Below, piece after piece: positions 49,501 through 59,556 of a DNA stretch of 64,000 nucleotides. The stretch is from Clostridia bacterium (GTDB lineage Bacteria; Bacillota; Clostridia; Oscillospirales; SIG627): the NCBI GenBank assembly GCA_017507325.1, contig JAFWBD010000059.1, forward strand, positions 6,294 to 70,293, in the 5' to 3' direction. Within the stretch, counting starts at the first letter, position 1. Each line of letters opens with the position of its first letter. The notes beneath the pieces are model-generated. The model was not told where the DNA came from. It made no database searches and saw nothing but the letters and a program-made list of their open reading frames with translations. The translations under genes were made by a program, and so were the position numbers.

Positions 49501-50715
49501 TCAAGTACGGTAGTCACCGTTAATTTTCACGTAATCGTATGTCAGATCACAGCCCCAGGCAGAAGCGGCAGCCTCACCGTCACCCAGCCCAACGGCAATG
49601 GTGATCTCATTTTCCAAAAGGATCTTTTTCGCTTCCTCCTCGGAAAACGGAACGCCTGCGCCGTTTTGGCACACGCAGACCGAGCCTTGGCAGCTCTCAA
49701 AAGAAACCGAAACGCGGGATATATCCACCTCGGCACCGCTGTAGCCAATGGCACACAGCACTCTTCCCCAATTGGCATCGGCCCCGAACATAGCTGCCTT
49801 GAAAAGGCTGGAGCAAATCACGCTCTTGGCCACGATTTTGGCGGCCTTCTCATCCTTGGCACCCGTAACGGAGCACTCCAAAAGCTTGGTGGCGCCCTCA
49901 CCGTCTGCGGCAATGGCGCGGCACAGATACACATTGACCGTATTCAAGGCCTTCATAAAGGCGTTGAAATCCTCCCCCTCCTCGGAGATGACGGGATTTT
50001 CGGCCAAGCCGTTTGCCAGAACCGTCACCGTATCGTTGGTGGAGGTATCTCCGTCCACGCTGATCATATTGAAGGTGTTTTGGATATCGGTGGAGAGTGC
50101 CTTTTGCAACATTTCTCCCGTAATGGCGGCATCGGTGGTGATAAACACCAGCATCGTGGCCATATTGGGATGGATCATACCGCTTCCCTTGGCAATTCCG
50201 CCGATGTGGCAGATCTTTCCGCCGATCTCGAATTCCACGGCAATCTGCTTTTTCTTCAGATCCGTTGTCATAATGCCCTCAGCAGCATCATCGCTTCCGT
50301 CGGTCGAAAGCGCGCCGACCAGAGGAGCGATCCCCTCGCGAATGGGATCCAAATTCAAGGGCTGACCGATCACGCCCGTGGAGGCCACCAATACCTCTTG
50401 GGGCAAAACATTCAGCCTCTGTGCCGCAAGAGCACACATTGCTTCGGCAACCTCAACACCGTTCGCGTTGCAGGTATTGGCATTGCCGCTGTTGCAGATC
50501 ACGGCGCGAACGGGGCCGCGGGCAATGTGATCCTTCGTGACAAGAAGCGGTGCCCCCTTGACCAGATTTTGCGTATAAACAGCCGCCGCACAGCAAGGTG
50601 CCTCGCTATAGATCAAGGAAAGATCCTTCTTGGTTCGATTTTTACGAATGCCGCAATGAATGCCTGCGGCCTTGAATCCTTTTGCGGCACAAACGCCGCC
50701 CGAAACAGTTTTCAT
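49501..50715 (-). CDS. argJ: Ornithine acetyltransferase
   Basis: NSGNAN, STGVIG, KGSGMIHPNMATML, DGDTSTND, DGEGATK. Confidence 0.97.
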   Translation of the reverse strand: MKTVSGGVCAAKGFKAAGIHCGIRKNRTKKDLSLIYSEAPCCAAAVYTQNLVKGAPLLVTKDHIARGPVRAVICNSGNANTCNANGVEVAEAMCALAAQRLNVLPQEVLVASTGVIGQPLNLDPIREGIAPLVGALSTDGSDDAAEGIMTTDLKKKQIAVEFEIGGKICHIGGIAKGSGMIHPNMATMLVFITTDAAITGEMLQKALSTDIQNTFNMISVDGDTSTNDTVTVLANGLAENPVISEEGEDFNAFMKALNTVNVYLCRAIAADGEGATKLLECSVTGAKDEKAAKIVAKSVICSSLFKAAMFGADANWGRVLCAIGYSGAEVDISRVSVSFESCQGSVCVCQNGAGVPFSEEEAKKILLENEITIAVGLGDGEAAASAWGCDLTYDYVKINGDYRT

Positions 50716-50728
50716 TTTTTAACCTCCG

Positions 50729-51652
50729 TTATGCGATCAGTCCTGTTTTTTCATCACAACCGAGCACAATGTTCATATTTTGAATGGCGGCACCGCTGGC
50801 ACCCTTACCAAGATTGTCAAAACGGGAAACCAGCATAATCCGTTCCTCATTTCCCGTCACCGTAATCTGCATATCGTCACGCCCCGAGAAGGCGGCCGCC
50901 GAAAGGAAGCCCTCCTCATCGGCCTTTTCGGCAAAGCGAACCAGCCCCTCGCCGTAAATGCTCCGATACAAATCGGAAAGATCGCCGATCTTGCAGGTCA
51001 AGGCATCTCGTGAGAGCATAATGCAGGTTTCCATTCCGCTGTAAAAATTACAAACGATGGGGCTGAAAAGCGGAGCCCTTGAAAGCCCGCAAACGTGCAC
51101 GATCTCTTTTAAATGCTTATGCTCCTGCCCCAACGCATAGGCACGGGGGGCACAAAGCAAGGGATTTTCACGGTCGGCCTCGTACTGAGCGATCATATTT
51201 TTACCGCCACCCGAATAGCCGGTCAGAGAATAGGCGGAAAGAGGTGCATCGGGGAGCAAAAGTCCCTCTCGAATCAAGGGCTCGGCCAAGGCCACAAAGC
51301 CGCTGGCGTGACAGCCGGGATTTGCAATTCTTTTGGATGTACGGATCTTTTCCCTCTGTCCGGAAAGCTCCGCAAAGCCGTAGGCCCAGCCGTCGGCTGT
51401 TCTGTGAGCGGTAGAGGTGTCGATCACCACGGTATCGGGATTTTCCATCATACTCACCGCTTCCACCGCTGCTGCATCGGGCAAGCAAAGGAAAGCTACG
51501 TCGGCACGGTTCAGCGCATCCTTTCTGGCGGCGGGATCCTTTCGATTTTCCTCGGAAAGAGTGATCAATTCCAAATCAGCACGCCCTGCCAATCTCTGAT
51601 GGATTCTCAGACCCGTGGTACCGGCGCTTCCGTCAATAAAAACCTTCGTCAT
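50729..51652 (-). CDS. argC: N-acetyl-gamma-glutamyl-phosphate reductase (short type)
   Basis: IDGSAGTTG, DTSTAHR, ANPGCHA, DNLGKGASGAA. Confidence 0.96.
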   Translation of the reverse strand: MTKVFIDGSAGTTGLRIHQRLAGRADLELITLSEENRKDPAARKDALNRADVAFLCLPDAAAVEAVSMMENPDTVVIDTSTAHRTADGWAYGFAELSGQREKIRTSKRIANPGCHASGFVALAEPLIREGLLLPDAPLSAYSLTGYSGGGKNMIAQYEADRENPLLCAPRAYALGQEHKHLKEIVHVCGLSRAPLFSPIVCNFYSGMETCIMLSRDALTCKIGDLSDLYRSIYGEGLVRFAEKADEEGFLSAAAFSGRDDMQITVTGNEERIMLVSRFDNLGKGASGAAIQNMNIVLGCDEKTGLIA

Positions 51653-53037
51653 TTTTCAATTCCTCCCATTAAGCTGCCTCTGACAACGCGGATCTGCTCC
51701 GCAACGGATTCGAAGGAGGTTCCGCCCTCGCTGATCCTCTTTTCCACACAGCGCTCAAGATCAATAAAGCGGTAAACCTCTTCATCGAAGAGCTCCGAGT
51801 GGCTTTGATATTCCTCCAAGGTCAGATTCTCCAGAACCTTCCCGTTTTCAATACAGTAAGCAACGATTTGCCCCGAAATTTTGTAGGCAGATCGGAAGGG
51901 CAACCCGCGCCCTACCAAATAATCAGCCAGATCCGTTGCGTTGATGAATCCCCCTTGAGCCGCCTTCAGCATTGCCTTCGGGTTGGCTTTGAGTCCGCTG
52001 AGCATTCCGCTGAAAACGTCCAAACACATTTTAACGGTATCGCAAGCGTCGAAAACGCTTTCCTTGTCCTCCTGCATATCCTTGTTATAGGCCAGAGGAA
52101 GCCCCTTGAGGGTGGTCAAAAGAGCCATCAGATCTCCGTAAACACGACCCGTTTTACCACGGATCAATTCCGCCATATCGGGATTTTTCTTCTGGGGCAT
52201 AATAGAGGAGCCCGTGGTATAACTGTCAGACAGCTCCACAAAGCGGAATTCCCAGCTGCACCACAAAATGATCTCCTCGCAGAAGCGGGACAGATGCATC
52301 ATCAGAATCGAAAGATCGGAAAGGAGCTCCAGCGCAAAATCGCGGTCGGAAACACCGTCCAGCGAGTTCAAACAGGGAGAGTCAAATCCCAAAAGCTTTG
52401 CCTCGTAGCGGCGGTCGGTATCATAGGTGGTCCCGGCAAGAGCGCAGGAGCCGATGGGAGAAACGTTGGTTCTTCTCCGACAGCCCTGCAAGCGATCCAG
52501 ATCGCGAAGGAGCATCATCCCGTATGCCATCAAATGATGGCCGAAGGTGATGGGCTGAGCTCTTTGCAGGTGGGTATACCCGGGCATAATGGTCTTCTGA
52601 TATTCCTCCGCTTTGTTGCAGAGGATCTCCAGCAAATTCACGATCTGAGAGGAAATCCCATCGATCTCGTTTTTCAAATACATTCTCAGATCCAAGGCCA
52701 CCTGATCGTTTCGGCTGCGGGCGGTATGAAGCTTCTTTCCCGCATCGCCGATCTTTTGGGTCAGAATCTGCTCAACAAACATATGAATGTCTTCGCTGTC
52801 GGGATCAAAGGCGAGCGCACCGCTTTCCAATTCCTCCAAAATGATCCCCAAGCCCTCTGTGATCTTTTCTGCCTCCTCGGCGGTGATGATGCCTTGTTTG
52901 GCAAGCATCGCGGCATGCGCCATACTGCCGCGAATATCCTCACGGAACATTCGGCAGTCAAAATGAATGGATGAATTAAAATCATCCGCAAGCTTATCGG
53001 TCTTGCCGTCGGTACGGCCCGCCCACATCTTTGTCAT
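51649..53037 (-). CDS. argH: Argininosuccinate lyase
   Basis: LHTARSRNDQ, GYTHLQRAQP, GSSIMPQKKNPD, YNKDMQEDK. Confidence 0.97.
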   Translation of the reverse strand: MTKMWAGRTDGKTDKLADDFNSSIHFDCRMFREDIRGSMAHAAMLAKQGIITAEEAEKITEGLGIILEELESGALAFDPDSEDIHMFVEQILTQKIGDAGKKLHTARSRNDQVALDLRMYLKNEIDGISSQIVNLLEILCNKAEEYQKTIMPGYTHLQRAQPITFGHHLMAYGMMLLRDLDRLQGCRRRTNVSPIGSCALAGTTYDTDRRYEAKLLGFDSPCLNSLDGVSDRDFALELLSDLSILMMHLSRFCEEIILWCSWEFRFVELSDSYTTGSSIMPQKKNPDMAELIRGKTGRVYGDLMALLTTLKGLPLAYNKDMQEDKESVFDACDTVKMCLDVFSGMLSGLKANPKAMLKAAQGGFINATDLADYLVGRGLPFRSAYKISGQIVAYCIENGKVLENLTLEEYQSHSELFDEEVYRFIDLERCVEKRISEGGTSFESVAEQIRVVRGSLMGGIEK

Positions 53038-53064
53038 ATGCTTCTGTCTCCTCAAACGGTCATA

Positions 53065-53089
53065 CAATCAATCAATCAATCAAATCAAT
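53065..53089. repeat. (CAAT)n microsatellite in the argH 5' leader
   Basis: CAATCAATCAATCAATCAAATCAAT. Confidence 0.7.
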
Positions 53090-53101
53090 GAATAATATAC
53101 A
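53089..53101. promoter_or_regulatory. ARG-box-like operator (13-bp variant); second copy at 53235-53247
   Basis: TGAATAATATACA and TGTATAATATACA flank the arg promoter. Confidence 0.55.
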
Positions 53102-53123
53102 TCCAATCGTATTACGGTATAAT

Positions 53124-53152
53124 AGTATACCTCCGATCCTCTTTTTTGTCAA
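53124..53152 (-). promoter_or_regulatory. SigA promoter of the arg operon
   Basis: TTGACA-17 bp-TATACT. Confidence 0.8.
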
Positions 53153-53197
53153 TATTATCAAAGAAAGTCTTTCCCTCAATTCATAAACAATTTACAA

Positions 53198-53235
53198 AAA
53201 AATTCACCCGATTGAATAATCTCGGGTGAATTTTT
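53198..53235 (-). terminator. his operon terminator
   Basis: AAAAATTCACCCGA/TCGGGTGAATTTTT. Confidence 0.85.
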
Positions 53236-53251
53236 GTATAATATACATTTT

Positions 53252-53905
53252 TTAGTTACCGGTCATTTTTTCCTGCTTTACTTTTTTATCGATAACGTGG
53301 CGGGAAGCCAATTCTCTGTGAATATCCTCCAAGGAGATTCCCATTTGAATCATCAGAACCATCACGTGGTAGGCGAGATCGGCGATCTCGTAAACGGTTT
53401 CCTTTTTATCGTCCGCTTTCGCGGCAATGATGACCTCGGTGCTCTCTTCGCCTACCTTTTTGAGAATCTTATCGGTCCCCTTTTCAAAAAGATAGGTGGT
53501 ATAGGAGCCCTCCTTTTTCTCCGTTTTTCTGCCCTCGATGAGCTTCATCAGCCCTTCCAAGGAAAATTCGCTCAATTCTTCGTTTTCCCACAGTGTATTC
53601 TCAAAGCAGCTTTCGGTTCCCAGGTGGCAGGCGGGGCCATCCTTCTCCACCATCACCACCAAGGCATCACCGTCACAATCGGCGGTTATGGAAACAACGT
53701 GTTGATGGTTTCCGCTGGTTTCCCCCTTCAGCCACAATTCCTGACGGGAGCGACTGAAAAAGCAAGTGAGCTTTTTCTCCATGGTAATTTGAAGGCTCTC
53801 CTTATTCATATACGCCAAGGTAAGCACCTTTTTGGATACGGCATCCACCACGATTGCGGGGATCAAGCCCTTTTCGTCAAATTTCAGTTGATTGATATCG
53901 ACCAT
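53252..53905 (-). CDS. hisIE: Bifunctional PR-AMP cyclohydrolase / PR-ATP pyrophosphatase
   Basis: [37 protein letters not shown]. Confidence 0.96.
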   Translation of the reverse strand: MVDINQLKFDEKGLIPAIVVDAVSKKVLTLAYMNKESLQITMEKKLTCFFSRSRQELWLKGETSGNHQHVVSITADCDGDALVVMVEKDGPACHLGTESCFENTLWENEELSEFSLEGLMKLIEGRKTEKKEGSYTTYLFEKGTDKILKKVGEESTEVIIAAKADDKKETVYEIADLAYHVMVLMIQMGISLEDIHRELASRHVIDKKVKQEKMTGN

Positions 53906-53915
53906 TTTACTTCTC

Positions 53916-54674
53916 CTATTCTCTGACCGAGATGTTGTTTTGTTTGCAAATTTTCTTCAGATCGGAAATTTCCACCTCACCGAAATGGAAAATAGAGGCG
54001 GCAAGACCGGCATCGACCTTGGGCAGTGCTTGGAACAGCTCCACAAAATGCGCCGCGCTTCCCGCACCGCCGGAGGCGATAACGGGAACGGAAACCGCAT
54101 CGCAGACCTTTTCCAGCATTTCCAGATCAAATCCGTTTTTCACGCCGTCGGTATCGATGGAATTGACCACGATCTCCCCTGCACCGTTTTCCACGCCGCG
54201 ACGGATCCATTCAATGGCCTCCATTCCCGTGTTTTCTCGGCCACCCTTGGCAAACACGCGAAATACGCCGTCCACGCGCTTGATATCCACCGAAAGCACC
54301 ACGCATTGATCGCCGTAGCGCTTGGCCGCCTGCGGGATCAGATCGGGGTTTGCAATGGCGCCGGAATTGACGCTGACCTTATCGGCACCGCATTTTAACA
54401 CACGGTCAAAATCCGCAAGGCTGCGGATCCCGCCGCCGACGGTTAACGGAATGAAGATTTGGGAGGCAACCTCCTTTAAAATATCGGTAAACAAGGATCT
54501 TTTTTCCGAAGACGCGGTGATGTCGTAGAAAACCAACTCATCCGCCCCGTGGCTGCTGTAATAGGCCGCAAGAGAGACGGGTGAGGAAACGTCCTGCAGA
54601 CCCAAGAAATTTTTTCCCTTGACAACTCTTCCGTCCTTCACGTCAAGGCAAGGGATGATTCGTTTTGTTATCAT
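53916..54674 (-). CDS. hisF: IGP synthase cyclase subunit
   Basis: [31 protein letters not shown]. Confidence 0.97.
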   Translation of the reverse strand: MITKRIIPCLDVKDGRVVKGKNFLGLQDVSSPVSLAAYYSSHGADELVFYDITASSEKRSLFTDILKEVASQIFIPLTVGGGIRSLADFDRVLKCGADKVSVNSGAIANPDLIPQAAKRYGDQCVVLSVDIKRVDGVFRVFAKGGRENTGMEAIEWIRRGVENGAGEIVVNSIDTDGVKNGFDLEMLEKVCDAVSVPVIASGGAGSAAHFVELFQALPKVDAGLAASIFHFGEVEISDLKKICKQNNISVRE

Positions 54675-55384
54675 TTGGACACCTCGATGGCTTCTTTCAG
54701 GTCAATGGCCCCGGTGTAATAGGCTTTTCCGATAATAGCACCGTACAGATCCAATTCTCTCAGCCGTTTGACGTCCTCCATGGTAGAAACACCGCCCGAA
54801 GCAATGATACGAAGCGAAAACCGCTCGCTCATTTCTCGGTACAGCCCAACGTTGGTTCCCTTCATGGCTCCGTCCTTGGAGATATCGGTACAGATCAGCG
54901 TGGAAACACCGATCTTCTGCATTCTCTCACAAAAGGAGAAGGCGCTCTGATCCGAAACCTCGGTCCAGCCCTTAATGGCCACAAGGCCGTCCTTCAGATC
55001 CACACCCACTGCTATTTTGTCTCCGTAGCGCTCAACCGCTTCCTCCAAAAAATGCGGATCGGTGACGGCGGCAGTCCCCAGAATCACCCGTCGGACGCCG
55101 CACGACAAATACGCCGAGACGGTTTTGATATCCCGAATGCCGCCGCCGATCTCCAATTTCAGATCGGTATTTTCGCAAACCGACCGCACGACCTCGAAAT
55201 TGGGCGTGGAGCCGAATTTGGCTCCCTCCAGATCCACCATATGGATCCATTCGGCACCGCAAAGGGCAAAATCACGAGCAACTGTCAAAGGAGAGTTGCT
55301 GTAAACGGTCATATTTTGATAATCGCCCTTCAAAAGGCGAACCGCTTTTTGTTCAAACAAATCAATTGCCGGAAAAATCAGCAC
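54671..55384 (-). CDS. hisA: ProFAR isomerase
   Basis: IFPAIDL, VDLEGA, GGGIR, TDISKDG, ASGG. Confidence 0.96.
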   Translation of the reverse strand: MLIFPAIDLFEQKAVRLLKGDYQNMTVYSNSPLTVARDFALCGAEWIHMVDLEGAKFGSTPNFEVVRSVCENTDLKLEIGGGIRDIKTVSAYLSCGVRRVILGTAAVTDPHFLEEAVERYGDKIAVGVDLKDGLVAIKGWTEVSDQSAFSFCERMQKIGVSTLICTDISKDGAMKGTNVGLYREMSERFSLRIIASGGVSTMEDVKRLRELDLYGAIIGKAYYTGAIDLKEAIEVSK

Positions 55385-56001
55385 GTGCTTCCCTCCAATT
55401 CACAAAACGCTTTTAAGATTTTCAGTCCCACCTCACCGCTTTTTTCGGGATGGAATTGACAGCCGTAAACGTTCCCGTTTTGCACGGCCGCTGTCAAAGA
55501 AGCCCCGTACTCTGTGGTAGCGGTCACCGAAGCCTCACACTCCGCCCCGTAAAAGGAATGAACGAAATATACAAAATCGCCCTCTTTCAGATAGCGGAAA
55601 ATATAGGAGGGTTTGGGAAAACTCAGTGCATTCCAGCCGATATGGGGAATTTTGTAATCCTTCGGGATCACATCGGCAATGGGAAGCACCTTTCCCGGAA
55701 CAAGACCCAGCCCCTTATGCACGCCGTACTCATGACTTTCATCAAACAAAAGCTGCATTCCGAGGCAAATCCCCAAAAAGGGCTTTCCTTTTTTGACCTC
55801 TTCCTTCAAAACGGGAATCAGACCGCTTTCCTCCAGCTTGGCAATGGCATCGGAAAAGGCACCCACCCCCGGAAGAACGATGTGATCCGCACGGCGCAGG
55901 GTCTCGGGATCGGAGGTGATACAAACCTTTTGACCGATAAAGGCAAAGGAGCCGGAAAGGGAAAAAAGATTTCCCACTCCGTAATCAACGATAGCGACCA
56001 T
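55378..56001 (-). CDS. hisH: IGP synthase glutaminase subunit
   Basis: DYGVGNL, PGVG, GICLGMQ, FVHS, QFHPEKS. Confidence 0.96.
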   Translation of the reverse strand: MVAIVDYGVGNLFSLSGSFAFIGQKVCITSDPETLRRADHIVLPGVGAFSDAIAKLEESGLIPVLKEEVKKGKPFLGICLGMQLLFDESHEYGVHKGLGLVPGKVLPIADVIPKDYKIPHIGWNALSFPKPSYIFRYLKEGDFVYFVHSFYGAECEASVTATTEYGASLTAAVQNGNVYGCQFHPEKSGEVGLKILKAFCELEGSTC

Positions 56002-56588
56002 CAAAGCACCCCTTTTGTCGAAGGAATACGGTCGCGGTTCTTTTCATCGATGGCAACGGCCGCCTTCAAGGATCTGGCAACCGATTTGAAAGCTCCCTCT
56101 GCCAGGTGATGAGAATTTCTCCCCGCAAGAGAGCGGATATGCAAAGCCATCGGGCAATTTCTTACGAAGGAAACGAAAAATTCCTCGATCAATTCCGTGT
56201 CAAAGCTGCCGATCTTTTTGGCACGGATGCCGAGATCGAAATTCAGACAGCTCCGTCCCGAAAGATCCACGGCAGACAGAATCAGAGCTTCATCCATAGG
56301 AAGGATCATGGAGCCGTAGCGCACGATCCCGCGCTTATCGGCCAAGGCTTTTTCAAAGGCCATACCGAGACAAATGCCGATATCCTCCACGCTGTGATGA
56401 TCGTCCACCACGGTATCTCCCACGCATTCAAGCCTCAGATCGAATCCCCCGTGGGAGGCAAAAAGGGTCAGCATATGATCCAAAAAGCCGCACCCCGACC
56501 GAACGGAGGATTTTCCTTCCCCGTCCAGATTCAAATACAAATCGATATCGGTTTCCGCGGTTTTCCGCTTGATTTCAATTTCTCTCAT
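56001..56588 (-). CDS. hisB: Imidazoleglycerol-phosphate dehydratase
   Basis: FLDHML, DDHHSVED, PMDE, NSHHLAE, PSTKG. Confidence 0.96.
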   Translation of the reverse strand: MREIEIKRKTAETDIDLYLNLDGEGKSSVRSGCGFLDHMLTLFASHGGFDLRLECVGDTVVDDHHSVEDIGICLGMAFEKALADKRGIVRYGSMILPMDEALILSAVDLSGRSCLNFDLGIRAKKIGSFDTELIEEFFVSFVRNCPMALHIRSLAGRNSHHLAEGAFKSVARSLKAAVAIDEKNRDRIPSTKGVL

Positions 56589-57648
56589 CCGACCACCTCC
56601 AAAATCTTTTTCACCGAGGCGCAGAAGGCCTCCATTTCTTCTTTAGAGCCGATTGTAATTCTGCAATAATCCGAGATCCTCTCCCGAGAGAAATGACGGA
56701 CCAGATTGCCCTCCTCCTTCAAGCGGCGATACAATTCTCCTCCGCTGACGGAAGCGTGACGGGCAAAGAGAAAATTGGCCGAGGAATCGGTAACGAAAAA
56801 GCCCATCTTCTCCAATTCTTTTTTGGTAAACTCACGGTTTTCCATCACCGTTCGGACGTTGCGGCGGGTATACTCCCCGTCTGCGAGCGTTCCGATGCCC
56901 GCGGCCATGGTCATGGAATTGATGCAATAGGGATTGATGGTATATTTGACCACGTTCAGATCCCGAATCAAATCGGGACAGCCGATGGCAAAGCCCAAAC
57001 GAGCCCCGGCCATGGAACGGGATTTGGAAAAGGTTTGCGTCACCAAAAGGTTGTCGTAACGCGCAACCAAGGGAACACAGCTATCCGCTCCGAAATCCAC
57101 GTAGGCTTCATCGATTACCACCACGTGATCGGGATTGTGGATCAAAATTTCTTCCACCTCGAAAGGTGAAAGCGTAAGCCCCGTGGGGGCGTTGGGATTG
57201 GCAATGAAGATCGTATGGGAAAGGCCGAAATAATCCTCTGCCTTCACCGAAAAATCCTCCCGAAGGGGGATCTCGCGATACGAAATACCGCAGGCTTCGG
57301 CAAAAACCGAATAAAAGCCGTAGGTAATATCGGGGAAAGCGGCGGGGGTCTTTTCATCGCAAAAGGCCATAAAGGCAAAATTCAAAACGTCATCCGAGCC
57401 GTTGGTGCAAAGGACCTGACAGGGCTCCACGCCGTACTCTGTGCCAAGGCCGCTGTCAACGCCTTACACTCGGGATCGGGATACAGCTGAAGAGAGGCGG
57501 CAGCCTTTCGTGCGGCCTCCAAAGCTACGGGAGACGGTGGGAAGGGGGATTCGTTGGTGTTGAGCTTAATGTACTGTCTCTCTTTGGGCTGTTCCCCGGG
57601 GGTATAGGTTTGAAGAGAGGAATACCGCTCGTTTAAAAATCGACTCAT
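56585..57648 (-). pseudogene. hisC: Histidinol-phosphate aminotransferase, frameshifted near 57437-57441
   Basis: N-part (YTPGEQP, KLNTNESP, YPDP) and C-part (NGSDD, NPNAPTG, DEAY, TFSKS) are in different frames; adding one base restores ALAQEYGVEP. Confidence 0.9.
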
Positions 57649-58924
57649 GCTTTCTCCTCGCCGCGGATCACGGCACTTCTGGCGTGGGCGGTCAAGCCCT
57701 CCTTTTGGGCAAAAAGGGCAACGCTGTCGGCAACCTTTTCCAAGGCATTTTTCGTAAAATAGGTATACTGGGTCTTCTTGATAAAATCATCCACCGACAA
57801 GGGACTGGAAAACTTTGCGGTTCCGCCGGTGGGAAGGGTGTGGTTGGGGCCCGCCAAATAGTCTCCCAAGGCCTCGGGGCAATATTTTCCCATAAAGACT
57901 GAGCCCGCATGGCGAATGGAATCCAAATAATCGAAGGGATTATCCACACAGAGCTCCAAATGCTCCGGCGCGATCTCATTGGCAATATCGATCCCTGCAC
58001 GCAGATCGGGAGCCACGATGATCTTTCCGTTGTCATCAATGGAAGCACGGGCAATTTCCGCGCGCTCCAAAAGCACGAGCTGACGCTCGATCTCTTCTTG
58101 AACCTTCTCGGCCAGATCAAGGCTATCCGTTACCAAAACGGCGCCGGCCAATTTGTCGTGCTCTGCCTGAGAAAGAAGATCGGCCGCCACGTATCGGGGA
58201 TCGGCGCTCTCATCGGCAAGAACCAGAATTTCGCTGGGGCCTGCGATCATATCGATGGATACCTGACCGAAGACCTGCTTTTTGGCCTCTGCTACAAAGG
58301 CATTTCCCGGACCGACAATCTTATCCACCTGGGGAATGCTTTCGGTTCCGTAGGCCAAGGCGGCCACAGCCTGCGCACCGCCCACCTTGAAAATACGATC
58401 CACCCCCGCTACGGAGGCGGCGGCCAAAATGGCGGGAGAGATCTTTCCCTCTCGATTCGGAGGAGAAACCATCACGACCTCGCGACAGCCCGCAAGCTTT
58501 GCGGGGATGGCATTCATCAGAACCGTGGAGGGATAGGTGGCGGTACCGCCCGGAACGTAGATCCCCGCACGGTCCAAGGGAATGATCTTCTGTCCCATAA
58601 CCACACCCTCGGATTCATTGAGAATGAAGCCCTGACGCAGCTGCTTGGAATGGAACAGACGAATGTTCTCTGCGGCAAGCTTTAAAACCTCCAAAAGGAG
58701 TCCTCCACCTGCAAAAGCGCCTCCCCTATTTCCTCCTTGCTGACAGCAAGAGAGGAAAGCTCTGCCCCGTCAAAGCGACGGGTGTATTCCAGCAGGGCAC
58801 GGTCCTTGTTTTCCTTTACGTTTTCAATAATCTCCCGAACGATGGATTGCACGTCCACCTTGGGCTGTACTCTGGAAAAGATTTCTTCGTTTTGTACCTC
58901 TCCGTATTTTAAAATACGAATCAT
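57645..58924 (-). pseudogene. hisD: Histidinol dehydrogenase, frameshifted at the T4 run 58693-58696
   Basis: N-part (ALLEYTRRFD) and C-part (GIYVPGG, KVGGAQA, AGPSE, QAEHD, PEHL, GPNHTLP) join as DSFLEVLK if one T is added. Confidence 0.9.
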
Positions 58925-59556
58925 TCTGCTTCCCCCTTTGAAAGCTGCTCCGAAAGACCCGCCACAAGGCGCATAATTTCGGAATTCTTAAACTTATAAC
59001 CCGATTTATTGGCAATGAGACGGGCGCTGATGGGAACGATATCCTGCGTTACCTCAAGGTTGTTTTCCTTCAAGGTCTTTCCGGTCTCCACAATGTCCAC
59101 GATCACATCGGTCAAGCCGAGGATGGGCGCGATTTCAATGGAGCCGTTCAAATGGACGATATCGATCTCCCGCCCCATTTTCAAATAATAATCCCGCGCA
59201 ATATTGGTAAACTTGGTGGCAACGCGCAGCGTTCTGCGGGGATCGTCGCGAAAGCCGACGGGAGCGGCAACCGCCATTTTACACCTCCCCGTTTTGAGAT
59301 CCAAAAGCTCATATACATCGGGGGTGTATTCCAAAAGGATATCCTTTCCCGCAACACCGATATCCGCCGCGCCTCGCTCCACGTAGATGGCAACGTCCGA
59401 GGGCTTCACCCAAAAATAACGAACGGCGCATTCTTCATTTTCAAAAATCAATTTACGGGTATTTTCCAAAAGCTGAGGGCAGGAAAAGCCTGCACGATCA
59501 AACATGGCATAAACCCGTTCTCCCAATCTTCCCTTCGGGAGGGCAACGTTAAGCAT
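58921..59556 (-). CDS. hisG: ATP phosphoribosyltransferase (short form)
   Basis: ALPKGRL, ATKF, GSIEIAP, DIVETGKTL. Confidence 0.96.
   Translation of the reverse strand: MLNVALPKGRLGERVYAMFDRAGFSCPQLLENTRKLIFENEECAVRYFWVKPSDVAIYVERGAADIGVAGKDILLEYTPDVYELLDLKTGRCKMAVAAPVGFRDDPRRTLRVATKFTNIARDYYLKMGREIDIVHLNGSIEIAPILGLTDVIVDIVETGKTLKENNLEVTQDIVPISARLIANKSGYKFKNSEIMRLVAGLSEQLSKGEAE

Noticed and set aside
49426-50838. 470-aa plus-strand ORF
   Set aside because: Antisense shadow of argJ
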